A stretch of DNA of 63,993 nt, filler included, from Globobulimina sp. (GCA_003354225.1; 8 parts of 8 records of this genome joined end to end with filler, not necessarily neighbours in it), one strand, 5' to 3'. Counted from the first letter of the whole stretch, positions 34,563-48,391 are shown. The notes: generated by a model not told the origin, from the sequence alone. Program-made: numbers and translations.

Positions 34563-37500
34563 ATGAAAACGATGCGTACATATATATATTTTGCATTTTT
34601 TGCGCATGTGATTAACGCGAGTGCTATTTGGTATTATCCAAACCAACTATCCGCAGATTGGACAGGCATAACATATGATGTAATACCTGTAGATTCTGTC
34701 TGTCCGGGCTCCACAAATAATGCTTGCTGGGATATAAACACCCTCGGCTCCATAGAACGCATAGTAGACACAATCGGCTATACCGATGTCACATTGACCT
34801 GGTCTATGTCCACTGGCACCGATTTAAATGGTGCTGGCAAATCATGTGATATTGATTACTGGAATGGAATCGATTACACCAATATCCACACCATCACCGC
34901 CAAAAATACAGACCAAACTGGCATATATAATATGTGGACCGTTGACGATACAACTGATTTAAGAATACGATTGTCCAACACTGCCGGTGGTTATTCCTGT
35001 TATTTTAATGATTTACGATTATGGGGTACTACGGCAGCACCGACCAAAAACCCATCCAGTTCTCCTACAACAAGCGACCCGACCACAGCCACACCGACTG
35101 CGTCCCCTACCACTTCCTCACCGACCTCCGGCCCAACCAAATTCCCATCGGAGTCACCCACTGCGCCGTCCTCATCACCGACTGCCGCGCCAACCTCAAT
35201 AACTACAGATCCGACCGAAACCCCCTCGTCTAATCCTACGCAAACACCAACTGAAATTTGGTCCGATGACCTTTCAAGTGATGCTCTATGGATTGGCACT
35301 CATTCTGGTTTGAATGGTGGTACCCTACGATTTAATGGTGGCGATAATGTTTATCGTACCACGGACGTATCTGATTTTTATTTTATTTATGTGGTAAGTT
35401 CCATTACGAAATGGGGTTTGACGCTTGAGCCCGGCGAATTGATTCATTTACAATATCAAATCGATGGATTACTTACTGGCTGGATTGATGTTGAAACATT
35501 TGATGTTAATCAATTGGATATAAGCAATCACAGAACCTATTTACCAGTCGATGCGGATTTCAATGGCGGATTAAGGTATGGCAGTGCCTTACATTTATTT
35601 GTGTTTTATTATAGTATATTATAAGTATTTGTACATTTATTAAATAATATGAGGTTTGAGGAACGAGTATAATGTGTGTTTCTGTTGAGAAACAACAACA
35701 ATTCTAAGGCTTTTTTGTAATTTGAGACTATTTATAATTATAAGTCTAATTTTTTACATGAGTCATCATAATGGCATTCGCTACATCCATACATATACAC
35801 ATCGCCTTGTATTATTTCATCGCAACCATCACATTCAAATATAGGATCTGACGGTGCGCTTTGTTTTGTTAATAAGTGTTTCTTTGTGCATTTTTTCTTT
35901 TTCTCCTTTTTTTTTATCCCTTTTTTTCTTATTTTTCAATGTCGGTACCAATTGCTGTACCTTTCCATAATTATTTGTGTTGGGATTCTCTTCGTTGTTT
36001 TTATATTCAATCGCCGGTAGCCGAGGTTGATAGCGAATATTCTTAAGTTCTCTGCTTAACCAATGCTTTTCATTCGCGGCTACACAAATTTTATCCATAT
36101 TATCATCAAATACATCTAAATCAATATCAGATACTTCTCCAAAATGACTTCTTCCTCAGTTTGAGGTGGCATCGCATTTTGCAACAACATATAATCCATT
36201 GTCCACAACACATTGCATAATTGTGGCAATTTTAACCACTCTCGGCTTTCATCTGCATATTTAACAAAATAGATATCATTGTCTTTGTGTGTGATAATTT
36301 TAATAATATTGTCAAAGAATTGCGTAACATCAAAAACGATACAAAAAAAAAAACGACCTTCGTGGATAATACCGATTGCATCATTTTTTTTGTTTTTCAT
36401 ATTGTTTGTTTACGTAAATCCATATTAAATGTAATATATTACCAAAAGTATTCGATATTGGAATGATGGAAACGATGCAAGCTCAGATAGATGTTATATT
36501 GATTTTGTTTCATTAAATGGCATATTTGTGTCATCTGCGCCAACTACGGCATTACCAACAGCAAATACACAAAATCCAACGGGATCCCCAACAACCAATC
36601 CATCAACGACCCCCACATTAAATCCAAGCACATCACCCACCAAACAACCAACTACATCTCCAACGCAATTAACTCCAAATCCTACATTAAATCCCAGCCA
36701 AAGTCCCACATCATTGACCATATCACCTTCAGATTCTCCCAGCAAGACACCAAGCTCGCAACCGACACCCGCGCCCATCTCCCAACCACAATATTGGTCT
36801 CCCCCAACGGGTACCGGCGGAGTCACGACCTGGTCTGCCGCAGTGACGTATTGTGCCAATAACAATGCACAATTAGCAACATTTCGAACCATTGCAGATG
36901 TGCAGGCGATGAAAGATGCCTGTAATGATGCCGCGCCTTCCTCTGGATACTGTTTTGGCGGATGGGATGATCCAAATCTTGATTCCTTATTTACATTTGT
37001 GGATGGTACACAGATGGATGATTTAAGCATTACCATTCCATGGGCTTCAGGTCAGCCAGGATCAAGTAGCACCTCTTCTAATTGTGGCTGTTTTAAACAG
37101 ACAAGTACCAGTGCAGTGGTAGAAATTTTTGATTGCACATGTTCTGTGAGCACTGTTGGATTTGTGTGCGAAACAACAAGTACGCAGGCACCCACATCGG
37201 GTACATCGTCACCTACAAAGACTCCAAGCACACCACCCACCGGGCAACCTTCTGGCAGTCCGACTGCAATGACAGATAATCCAACAACGAGCAATCCGAC
37301 AACGACCCCCACATTAAATCCAAGCACACCACCCACCAAACAACCAACTGCATCTCCAACACAATTAACATCTGATCCCACATTAACTCCCAGCAAAACC
37401 CCAACCGGAATCACATCGAATCCCACACCATCACCAACCAGTGAGGGTTTGATCCGTTTAGTTGGTGGTTCTGCAGCGAATAATGGCAGAGTTGAAATAC

Positions 37501-40162
37501 TCCATAATGCGGAATGGGGCACAGTGTGTGACGATATATATGATGCTCAACTGCAGGTAAACTTTGCGACTGTTGTTTGCAGGCAATTAGGTTATATATC
37601 CGGTACTTTTCACTTAAGTGCTTTTTATGGACAGGGTACAGGTACAATATGGATGGATGATGTCGCATGTACCGGTGCAGAAACACGGCTTGCTGATTGC
37701 GCGTTCGATGGATGGGGTATTCATAATTGCGGACACGGTGAAGATGCTGGCGTTAATTGTGTTGGCACTACATCACCCACAGCATACACAACATCACCAA
37801 CAAAAACCCCAAGTGCAACACCCACAGCATATACAATATCACCTACAAAGACTCCAAGCACATCACCCACCAAACAGCCAACTACATCTCCAACGCAATT
37901 AACTCCAAATCCTACATTAAATCCCAGCAAAACACCCACATCATTGACCAAGTCACCTTCAGATTCTCCCAGCAAAGCTCCTACCACACCGCCACCGACA
38001 AAGCAGTCTGTATGGCTTGATACGACTATGGAGGCGGGCAACAGTCAGAATGGTAATATGTTTGATTTATGTGCAATACAAGAAGACATTGAGATAGTCT
38101 CATTTGACGTACATTGCAATGGTGGGACGGGAACAGCCGCGACTATCGAAGTGTATGTAGCGACTGCACTTGGTACCAGATTTAGTAGTATCGAGAATAC
38201 GGCCAGTTTGTGGACATTGGTGCATCAAGAAACAGTGACCAGTGCGGGTAGCTCCTTTTTGACAGTCTACTCACCATTTAATGTGCCTTCGCCAGTAATA
38301 CCTGTGATGATTATGAATGGTAATTGCAGAGGCTTTTACGTAACGAGAAGTGACAGTGGTTCCCTCTCGTATACTAATGGTGATTCGGGTACAGAAGGGA
38401 GTGTTTATGCTTCCAATGCAGATCTACAGTATCTGACAGGAACTGGCAGAGAGTATGCGTTTGGAAGTGAATATAGCCCCCGTATCTGGAATGGACGCAT
38501 ACATTACCGGAGTGGTTCTGATAAGTTAAGTGGTGACAGTGACAGTGTACTGTACATCTAAATGCATATTTATCATACATATCACAGCCCGACAGCAGAG
38601 CCATCGCGTCCGCCCAGTGCACAGCCAACTGTCCCATCACGTGCACCATCCGCGGCACCCACCACGCCTCCAACGAATGCAGCATCGCGTGCACCAACTC
38701 GTGTTACTGATCAACCATCCAATGCCCCTTCTTTCAGCCCTACGGACGCACCATCCAATGCGCCTACGCAACCACCAACTGATGCGCCATCTGGTACACC
38801 TACCAAAGCACCCTCCAATGCGCCTACACAGCCACCAACCAACGCGCCATCTGGCACACCTACCAAAGCACCCTCCAATGCGCCTACGCAACCACCAACC
38901 GATGCCCCTTCTTCAACCCCTACAAAAGCACCTTCTTCCTCACCGACCCAACCTCCAACCAATGCGCCATCTGGCACACCAACGGACGCACCATCAAATG
39001 CACCGACCCAACCACCAACCGATGCGCCCACTACTTTTCCAACAAATGATCCAACCATTGATCCAACGTTAGATCCAACCCGTGATCCAACCGCAGAGCC
39101 AACGGGTCAAACTGTATGTTTTTATGTGTGTTTTTTATATATGGTATGACAATAATAATTCTTAGGCTTCGCCAACACCGGCACCCACCGATTATCCAAC
39201 ATATGATCCAACCTTCGATCCCACGACAGAGCCCACCCTCAATCCAACCAATAATCCAACACAGCCCACTTCAATTCCCACCATCAATCCAACAATTAAT
39301 CCAACCATCAATCCAACCACGCATCCAACCGAAATGCCCAGTGTTTCCCCAACGCAGCAACCCAGTGCAGGCACATTGACGCCAACCTCCCCGCCGACGT
39401 CCTCTCCGAGTCGTGTGCCAACCCAACCCACTACCTTCCCGACAGTGACACTCTGTGGCAAAGTCACCGATCCTTCGTCGCAGTATTGCAACATTCTCGA
39501 TGTGTATTCGCCATATAAATACCAACCATATACCTGGACTCGCTATATTGCTAATTATGGGGACGGCATTGGTCCAGAATCAACGTACATTTATATCCGA
39601 GCCACCAATATATGTTATGCGCCATATATAAGCATCACCTATGCACCTTACAATACCCTGAGATTGAATATATTCAACCATTACGATCAATTTATTGGAC
39701 AATGTTCCAGCAATACAGAATGTACGTATGCCCAACAAGATTGTATGCGGAACGTTGATTTGGGCATTGATGCCTTACAAAGTGGAGATATGTACATTGT
39801 AAGCATGGCAGGCACTGATTTGGCAAATAATTGTGGTGACAGCCATACTGTGGATGCAGTTGTTTATGTTACTTGTGATTCGATTCCAACGCCGGAACCA
39901 ACGCCGATGCCGACAGATGTAACCAATGCGCCTACCTCCGCCGCGCCGACCGCAGTTACCAAGAATCCCACGCCATCGCCGACGGATTTCACTATTGATG
40001 GTACGGCGTTGTTTGATATATTTATTGTATCCCATTGGAGAAATGACGAGAAATCCTTTTCATTGATATTAGTAACGTTTACCAGTCACTATGTGGGTTT
40101 AGGTTTTAGTGCAATGTTGGAATATCCATTAGGTTTTCCTTTTGCAGATATAAATTCTATAA
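34563..40162 (+). CDS. Large secreted mucin-like protein: beta-sandwich modules, C-type lectin and SRCR domains separated by Pro/Thr/Ser repeats; introns 35576-36448, 38525-38587 and 39114-39165; 3' partial
   Basis: Signal peptide; CTLD ([16 protein letters not shown]); SRCR ([36 protein letters not shown]). All three predicted GT-AG introns restore the reading frame. Confidence 0.8.
35746..36400 (-). pseudogene. Disrupted Tudor + ZZ-like zinc finger gene fragment nested antisense in an 873-nt intron
   Basis: [16 protein letters not shown] (Tudor-like), an in-frame stop, a Lys-rich tract, then frameshifted [17 protein letters not shown]. Confidence 0.5.
38748..39030 (+). repeat. Coding tandem repeat, 60-nt unit ([11 protein letters not shown][D/N]APSGTPTK), about 4.5 copies
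   Basis: Consecutive 60-nt lines from 38761 to 39020 are near-identical. Confidence 0.85.
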
Positions 40163-40262
40163 NNNNNNNNNNNNNNNNNNNNNNNNNNNNNNNNNNNNNN
40201 NNNNNNTTAATTAATTAANNNNNNNNNNNNNNNNNNNNNNNNNNNNNNNNNNNNNNNNNNNN
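40163..40262. other. Artificial contig linker
   Basis: 44 N + TTAATTAATTAA + 44 N. Confidence 0.98.
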
Positions 40263-42477
40263 TTATATTTGCTGCAAATTTTTTGAGGTATTTCGTAGAC
40301 TTTTTTATTATTTTGTCGTGTATTTTTAATAGTTCTTTATTAGGGCCGCCAGTTCTTAGTATTAGGTGTTTATCAATGGTGGCGGTCTCACATTTGGTGT
40401 TGTTTAGGGTGAATACGACCGGTCTATGGTCCATAAACACGGGATGAGTATCGACATGCATTGATTTGATGGTGTTCAATTTATCGGTGATTACATAATC
40501 TATGATGGAGCCACCACTATTTTGGACTCCTTTGGCCAAACAAGTGAGGAATTTGGGGGCAAATTGTGGGTTGGCTATTTTTAGGTTGGTTTTATCAAGC
40601 ATTGCTTTCATATAACGGTAGTGTCCATTCGTGTTATGGTCCATTGTTAGTGATCCCATTCTGGCATTGAAGTCTCCGATGACGTACATATTTTGGCACT
40701 GCGATTTGTAACTGTTTATATCGTCAGTGAGGGAGTTATAGAATTTGAGGCTGCGATCACTTAATTTCGGTTTATATGTTCGCGTATAGTTTATAGCAAT
40801 GTAGGTCGGTTTGGTTTGGTTTCTGATTTTGACGGAGATCCATGCTGTGTTATGGCCTCTTGTTTTTTTTATTAGTTTTATTTTATTTTTCAAGTTGTAT
40901 CTATAATATATTAGGATGCCCCCAACATTTTGCAGGTTATTTGTGGCTATCGGGGCTTTGTGGGCCATCAATTTATAACCAGGAAGTCGCCAATTTGGTC
41001 GATTTCTTGTTCTGGTGTCAATTAGGAGTATTATGTCAAGTTTGTGGTGAGTTATGAGCTGCTGCATGTATGGGTGCATTTGATTTATTTTAGTTTTAGC
41101 GTTTCCATTAATATTCATAAAGCCGATTTTCATGTTTTTTAATTTGATTTGTGTCGATGTTATTGGTTCAATGTTTGGTGCATATATCTGCATAAAAGGA
41201 TATTTTAGGATTATGTCAGGAATGTCATCATCGGATTGCATTGCATTGTTAATGTGTGCCTGCATTACTTTACTTATCAAATAGTTTTTATAATTTCGAA
41301 GTTGTGTGTTTTTAGTGTGGTATTTGTTTATCGAATGTTTATAGATTTGATTTAATGAGATAACTGCATTGTTTTTTTGATTATTTATCCAGTTGTCGCG
41401 ATTTGCGGAGTGTATCTCCATATTTAATCTGTTGTGTGTGCCCTGCCAATGATCCCTAATATCACTTACTTTTTTATTTATCGGGGCAAACCATTTTATG
41501 TGATAATTATTGTTCGCAACTGCTTGTTTTAAAATTACGTCGTTTTCAACATAATTGTTTTTGAGTATGAAGTCATACAAAGCCAAAACTTTCGCTGGAC
41601 TCTTATTGAAAGCATGGAGTTGTTTGTAAACGGTTAGCTCAGAGGTTTCATTGAGATATGGGATCTTTTTAAACCGAACAGTTATATGTGACGGAAAGTG
41701 GTTCACTATGAAGGATTTGATCGGATGATAGCGATGTTGGGGCATACGCACAGTGATCCATCTCAATGATTTATCCATTATGATTTTAATATATCGATAG
41801 ATTTTACGTATTCGATGTTGGTAACGCTCAATGAATCGATAAAGGGACTGTGTGTGTTTATGATCTTTAGTGCTGATCATGTATCCCGTTACACACTCAG
41901 TTTGAATGACATTTGTGTAATGGTTGAAATAGTTATGAATGGAGTAAGTTGTCTTGATTCCGACGTGGAATCTGTTATTTTGCAGCGAGTCTAGTTTAGA
42001 GCGGAATTGCTTTTGCTTACTACTGTTATGTATATGTTTTATTTTGTGAGTGGTTGAAGCAAGAACTGATTTTGTATGTAATTTAAAATAAGGAGAATGG
42101 TTCAGTGCATTGGTAGTGACAATGTTCACTTTATGCAAATCAATGAACGCATTGGCGAGAAAAGAAGAATTAGAATGAAGTAAAAATAAGAAAAAAGTAG
42201 TATATAAAGGTAATAATGTAAGAAAAAAAGAGTTGGTTTTAGGTAGAAATAGGGAAAAAAAGAGGTTTATGGTTAGTGTTTGTAAGAAAAGAGAGGGATT
42301 GGCAGCGTATATAAATAAAGAAAAAAGAGAGCTAATGGTGGTATGGATGTATTTAATTTGAAACAAACATAGGAATAATAATAAAAAATAAAGGTAGGAA
42401 TGCATGGATTTCGGGCGCAAATTGGAATGTTTTATGACGATCGGGCTGTTACAGCCATTTTTGATGCGAACAAACAT
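40263..42477 (-). CDS. LINE ORF2 N-terminal part with APE-type endonuclease (3' partial)
   Basis: GFMNING, DIILLIDT, GGILIYY, IGDFNARMG, SIIDYVI and MDHRPV motifs. Confidence 0.85.
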
Positions 42478-42482
42478 AGGAA

Positions 42483-45400
42483 TTATGGCTCAGAGACGAA
42501 GTCATATTTATCATTATTGTCATTGTTATTGTTGGTGTTGTCGCGGTTATCACTAATTATCTCATCATCCGCGTTCACTACGTCGTCGTCATCATGTTCT
42601 TCTTCGTCATTCTCGCTGTCATCGTTCGAGTCATTATCATTTTGAATGGCGTATTTTTTAATGACTTTGGTGCGAATGCATAGGGTGACGCCTTCATTTT
42701 GTTTAATAAGCAATGATTCCAATGCATTTTCATCCAAAATCAGGTCATTTTGGGCGGAGATCGTCAATACTTTATGGAATAAAAGATTGCCGATGTCGTT
42801 ATTTTGAAATTTTGCCGCGATTTCGTTATGGAATGTCAATCCTAACTGATCCATCGTATTCATCTCGCTCCACACGATCGGCGTACCATTGATTGTCAGG
42901 TCTTTAATGCGAGAAACAGCGAAGGAGTGATAGTAAGTGATTAATGTATGTTCACTGGGCGCATTTCCTAAGCCGGGAATACCTTTAAATCCATCTTCTA
43001 ATTGAGGTCGTATCATTGGGCAACCTTTGCATTTTGACGTTAAATGGCCGCATTTTGATTGGATTGTCGCTTTGTGCAATTTATTGAGGGTCATAGTGAT
43101 TACATTCGCTGTTTTGCCATCTCGGGCCATATCTGATTCAATTTTTGATTTTAATTCTTCCAATTTCGCGTCGAAAGAAATATGATGGATCATAAACGCA
43201 TTTGTTTGCTAATTGTATGTGCATTGCAGACATAGCGATGATGTCTTCATGGTATGTCTCCGTAATATGTACCTCTGTGCCACCTACGATGAATGAGTTT
43301 GATGCCAAGGCTTTGTTCGCATAAAAGTAATTATTATCATGTAAGTCCGCCGCAGGAACACCAGTTAAAAGATAGCGCGGCGTGTTTTTAAATTGGAATT
43401 TGAAGGTGTTGGCATATGAATGCATTTGATATGGATGTGCATAATTTATGACATGTATATCTGGCTCGATTGGCGCAACACGGCTTAGCACATAGTCAAC
43501 TTCCTTGCGATTCAAATATGGCGACAAATGATACAAATCCAAGATGTTGCCACGTAAAAGCGAGTGCTTTGTGGAACAATACCATGCTTTGGCGGTCATG
43601 GCGTTACATTTCATTAATGTCAGTTTTAAGCACCGCGGGTCTGTGATATGGAAGCCTAAGACATCCCAAATGTATCCTAAATCAATGGTGTGTGCCTGGT
43701 AACGATTAAGTGTATCCATGTTATCTAATACGGTTAAGTTGAATATACGTTTTAATTTCTTACGGCATCCAAAATAAACTCCTGTTTTCTTGACAGGAAA
43801 CGCCAACGAATTGCATCCACGCGCATGTCCATAATAGTCGCCATCATGATATTCTGCAACATTGTCGGCTATGGTCACTGATAATGGATAATTGTTGAAT
43901 TTCACATTGTACACTAAAGGTAGCGGCTCATTGATAATGCTGTTGATGTACCCTTGCAACTGCTGGTCAGTCGCAACGTAATTGAAACCGGATCCGGTTT
44001 TCTTGACTCTGCCATGCAATGCGCTGATATACGTCAGGATTCCTTGGGTATCGCCATCTATTCGCTCTAATGAATTATAAAATGATTTATCAGCATAATA
44101 ATAGGAATAAGACGAGGAAGCAAATAGGACTGTTAATGGTGACACTGTGGGTAATAATTCTGCTCTGGTTTTGATGATGTTTGCTTCTTTTAAGGCAGCA
44201 ACAAAATCCTCTTCTTTATGGATCCAGATCCGGTCCGAGATGCGATTATTCATAAAGACTTTGCCGAATACAATGCGAACATGGAAATTCACGCCAATCT
44301 CATCGTGGTATTTGGCTGCATTGGCAATCCATTTGCGAGTGCGGTTAATCTGGCCGTCATAGTATTTACGTACCATTTTATCTGAACGGGACTCTTCGAC
44401 GTAAGCTTTGGTTTTGGTAATGGTTCTGCGGCGATTAAATCTAATGTGCCGTTGATTGAAATCGATTTTTAAATCATCATACTCACTGAAAGATGTTACA
44501 GTGTCTGGCACCGTCTCTGAGGTGCATTTAATTTTAATGGTACCGGCTGAGGCAGGGACATTTTCTATGCCTTTAATATAGGATAAATTCTGGATATCAG
44601 CGCCTGGATTTTGGATGGAGAATAATTTGGTGGTTTTGAGCTGCGGTTTGCCAATATCTAAAAGGGTGGATTCAATATAGTTTCTTTTTAATGGATTCGG
44701 CCGTATATTGCAGGTATCAATAATGCGATTTAATTCTGGCGATTTGGGGAACGGTATCTGTGAGAAATCATCCATTTGCTCATCATCTTCAAACGGGAAA
44801 TCTTCGGCAACTGTGTTATATTTCGTATATTTATTTTCGTTTACGTATACATTTCCAGGTATTTGCTTATGTATATTTACCTTTTTTGTCATCAGCCATA
44901 GAAAAATGTATGGTTTGATTAGATTATGAGGGTATGAGAGGAATGAGGAAGTTGAGAGTGTGGCAAAGAGTGAGTTTGAAAGATGTTTGGTGAAAAACAG
45001 TTTGAAGCACTGAAAGCTTTCTTTTTTGTTAATAATAGTGCGGGAATGCGGCTCTATATAGTATACAAAATAAGGTGTGCTTTTTCCTATATTTATGGAG
45101 GGGTAATTTATCACAATCAATATGCTGCATTTCAACGGATTTAACGTGTTTAAAATAAATGCAGCTGAAATGCATGACATTTCCAAACAAAATGTCATGT
45201 TTTTCAGCTGCAATAACTCATAATCGTATAATAAACACTCATAATCACATAATAATTGATTTGTTATAGACATAAGTCGAATGTATATACATTTCGTAAG
45301 TCGAGTGAATGTACATTTTTTATCATTTTTTAGTGGTTTCTCATAATGAGTGATATCAAAATTGATATTGTTAGTTAGTGGAATGTTGTGATGACAATAA

Positions 45401-45849
45401 TAATAAAAAAACACATAAAAGATACAACACAAAGACGAAAGAAAGATACAAGTATTATTTTCAAACTCATCGGAATGTTTATGAACGATGTTAAGAAATG
45501 TTGTTGATATCGGATATTTACTGATGGGTATGATTTGGTGATTGATTAGCTCGTTCAAAGCGAGTTCTGTATGATGCAATACAGTGTTTGTTGGTTTGTT
45601 GGTGGTGAATTTATCATTCGTTTGAGATATGCATTGGTTTGAACGGAAGAAGTTTATTAGAAAGGAATTTGTCATATTTTGATTGGTTTTTGTATGATAT
45701 GTTATTTTCCGTCGTGGTGTAGACTTTCCAAGTGATTGTTGTTTTGTTTGTGTAGCTCTTCCTTCGTTTTTGGTCCAACCAATGTGTTGAGTTGTTTCAC
45801 AGTGAACGAGACTAATTCTTGCATCGTAATGACACTGTAAATTTCGCAA
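42483..45849 (-). CDS. Putative LINE ORF1 in two overlapping frames (45849-43138 and 43208-42483)
   Basis: 903-aa and 236-aa ORFs lie directly upstream of ORF2 and can be joined by a 64-nt GT-AG intron (43272-43209) or a frameshift. No recognisable domain; true start unclear (ATG 44892 possible). Confidence 0.55.
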
Positions 45850-45968
45850 GGGTTTAGGTTTAGGTATTGTTACAGAAGGGAGGAAGTGAGGAAAGTTTTT
45901 TTCAAGATTTTAATTCAAAGCGAGGTGTTTGTCACATGTTGACATTACGAAAAACAGCAACCAATCAC

Positions 45969-47297
45969 TCAATCAATATCATCCATTATATCATCACCAT
46001 CTTCTTGTTGGTGAATATTAATGCTTTCATCCTCTCTCTTTTGCATTGAATGAATGCCATCAATCAATTCTTGACATTTATTTTTGAAGACATTAATAGT
46101 TTCCTTAAATAAATCAATCACATTTCGATATTGCCCAATACTCTCAATTGAAAAAATAAAATGATTTCTCTTTTTCCTCAATTTAATAAACGGTAAATAT
46201 GTTTTATTATCGTCCTTATCCACAATACATTTACCAAACAATTTATTCACTTTTTCGTCCATAATACACGCTCGACACAAACTGCACTCTCTTTCCCGAG
46301 CTACAAAAATCTTACAATCTTCGATATCAAACACATTCTTCGGACATAACTGTTTTAAATACATAGCATCCTCTCGGACCACTTTATAATTCTCATTCCA
46401 ATGCAATTCAATATGCGGCAATAACTTATAATAGGCAGTGCCGACTGGACTAAACTTCGCGTGATCTCTGCCAATGCCTCTGATGGCTCTCATGGATATT
46501 TCTATACATTGTCCAGGTCGTAATTTCGCGATAATTATATCATCAAAAACCATTTTAATGGGCGGATGATTGTGTTTCTTCAACAACTCCATCTGTCCCG
46601 GTTGTGCTATCCATTCGATATCACGCGATCTCACTGGTTTGCAACGCAAGTAATGGTGCAAGGATTTGCTATAATTGATATTATAAAAACACTTAAAAAC
46701 AAACCTATGGAATTGATGTATCTTTTATGTGGCGGATCCTTTTCATTCGCCTGCGGATTTGCTTTGCACTCAACATATAATTTAAAAATTAATGTGTTTG
46801 CAGGGTCCTGTCCTTTTTCATATCGATTGTTGGGATCTGAGGCATCAATGAAGTCAAACAAACGCGGATCCGCTGCAATGGGAATGAGACCCAATCGATG
46901 GCATAATACTTCATCTTGGAGAATAGAGTTATTTTGCAAGACACAGCAGTCTTCAATGGCCATTGTAGACACTTCGGATAATAATATGCGACGGAACGCA
47001 TTTGCTATCGAGGTGTCAATGCCAATCATGTCAAATGTCATTGAATTGTTTTCAATGTCAATGTCTGTGATCTCAATTGATAAATCACGCACTAGTTTTT
47101 GTATGGACCACGAGTTATCAATACCTAGTCCTATAAATGCATCTGGGTCGCTTATCCCTGACGTCTGTGTACGTTTATTTGATTGTAATATTCATAATAG
47201 AAACACTTTTGGGTGTACGTACGTGTTCGGGTGCTTCTTTTTCAATGAATACATTATCTCTGATTTCTTTCAAGTGTTCTGGTAGTTCACTTGCCAT
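45969..47297 (-). CDS. RPC40: RNA polymerase I/III subunit AC40; exons 47297-47223, 47164-46705 and 46633-45969
   Basis: IANAFRRILLSEV, DEVLCHRLGLIPI, IAKLRPGQ, GIGRDHAKFSPV and HFIFSIESIG; 58-nt and 71-nt GT-AG introns restore the frame. Confidence 0.95.
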
Positions 47298-47357
47298 TGT
47301 TTGCTGTGAATATGTTTTTTTTTACTTGAAAGTTTTTTTTTGTAGAGTCGAAAATAT

Positions 47358-48178
47358 ATGCCAGCAATGATGTGGTCTAAACCGAACACAAAATCAAGAA
47401 AACCGACGCAAAAACATAAGAGTAACCATAATAAGAAGCATATTGATTTTGATGGGAAAGCAACAATATTTGATTTGCACTCGAAGGATAAAGCCAAAAT
47501 TGGAGATTTAATACGCAAAGTTGTAGAACTTGACAAAGAAAACAAATGCAGCCAAGAAAAAGCAAAAGAAAAGCAGCTAAAATTAAAAAAGCAAGTCACT
47601 GCTCTCAAGTCACAGAATAATGAAATAATTAAACAACATTCAAAACTACGATCAAAGTTCCATAAATCACTCAAATTGTTACAAAATTATCAAAATAAAT
47701 TGAATACAAACAATGCATCCAAATCTGTACAACTGCAACAAAGCAAAAATAAATTGGAACTCATTCAACAAAAAGAAATCCAAAAAGAAATTAATGATTT
47801 AAAACAACTAATTCTTGATTTGCATAATACACAACAACGCACACAACAAAAACAAAGAGAAAAGGAAAAGGAAAACAACTCTCGCCATTCGATGATATAT
47901 TGTCATACCAATGAAATCAACAATTTATCACCAATTCAAACACCCAAATCATACCAAAAAGCACCAGCACCATATCCATATCCAACATATCCAACGGAGA
48001 AACATAAAAAAACAAAAAGGGAAAATAAAATGGATAAAATGGATAAAAGTCGTTTGGATCAATTATTGCGAATTCAATCAGGAAATTTCAAATCCAATAA
48101 TCGGAAAAATGGCAATAAGAATGAGAAGAACAATATGCATTCATCGGCGTCATTGACTCATTTGAATAGAAACAAACA
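47358..48178 (+). CDS. Coiled-coil protein with hinderin (KIAA1328)-like N-terminal motif, 3' partial
   Basis: DLHSKDKAKIGDLIRKV..LLQNYQ resembles the DL..EDK..IA.LI motif; heptad-rich. Confidence 0.55.
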
Positions 48179-48278
48179 NNNNNNNNNNNNNNNNNNNNNN
48201 NNNNNNNNNNNNNNNNNNNNNNTTAATTAATTAANNNNNNNNNNNNNNNNNNNNNNNNNNNNNNNNNNNNNNNNNNNN
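48179..48278. other. Artificial contig linker
   Basis: 44 N + TTAATTAATTAA + 44 N. Confidence 0.98.
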
Positions 48279-48391
48279 TTACATTGTTATTGGTTGACAA
48301 AGAAAGAGAAACCAATAACAAAATATACAAACTTGATATAACTAATAACATACATCAACATACAAATAACTAACATAATATAATAAAATAT
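48279..48391 (-). repeat. Split direct repeat B2 (copy of B1 at 48719-48831)
   Basis: 113 nt with one mismatch to 48719-48831. Confidence 0.92.

Larger units (their letters stand above)
40263..45849 (-). mobile_element. Non-LTR (LINE-like) retrotransposon, 5' half; RT would lie beyond the contig end
   Basis: Long ORF1 region is followed 5 nt after its stop by an ORF2 with an APE endonuclease; strong strand asymmetry. Confidence 0.7.

Noticed and set aside
38748-39030. Regular repeats that could be taken for a CRISPR array
   Set aside because: In-frame coding tandem repeat with no unique spacers and no cas genes, in a eukaryotic context.
36494-39525. Multiple G/V-rich minus-strand ORFs and H/Q/R-rich alternative-frame ORFs
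   Set aside because: By-products of the Pro/Thr coding repeats in the mucin-like gene.
45850-45864. GGGTTTAGGTTTAGG, telomere-like, at the 5' edge of the LINE
   Set aside because: Only two units; too short to support telomere-repeat targeting.
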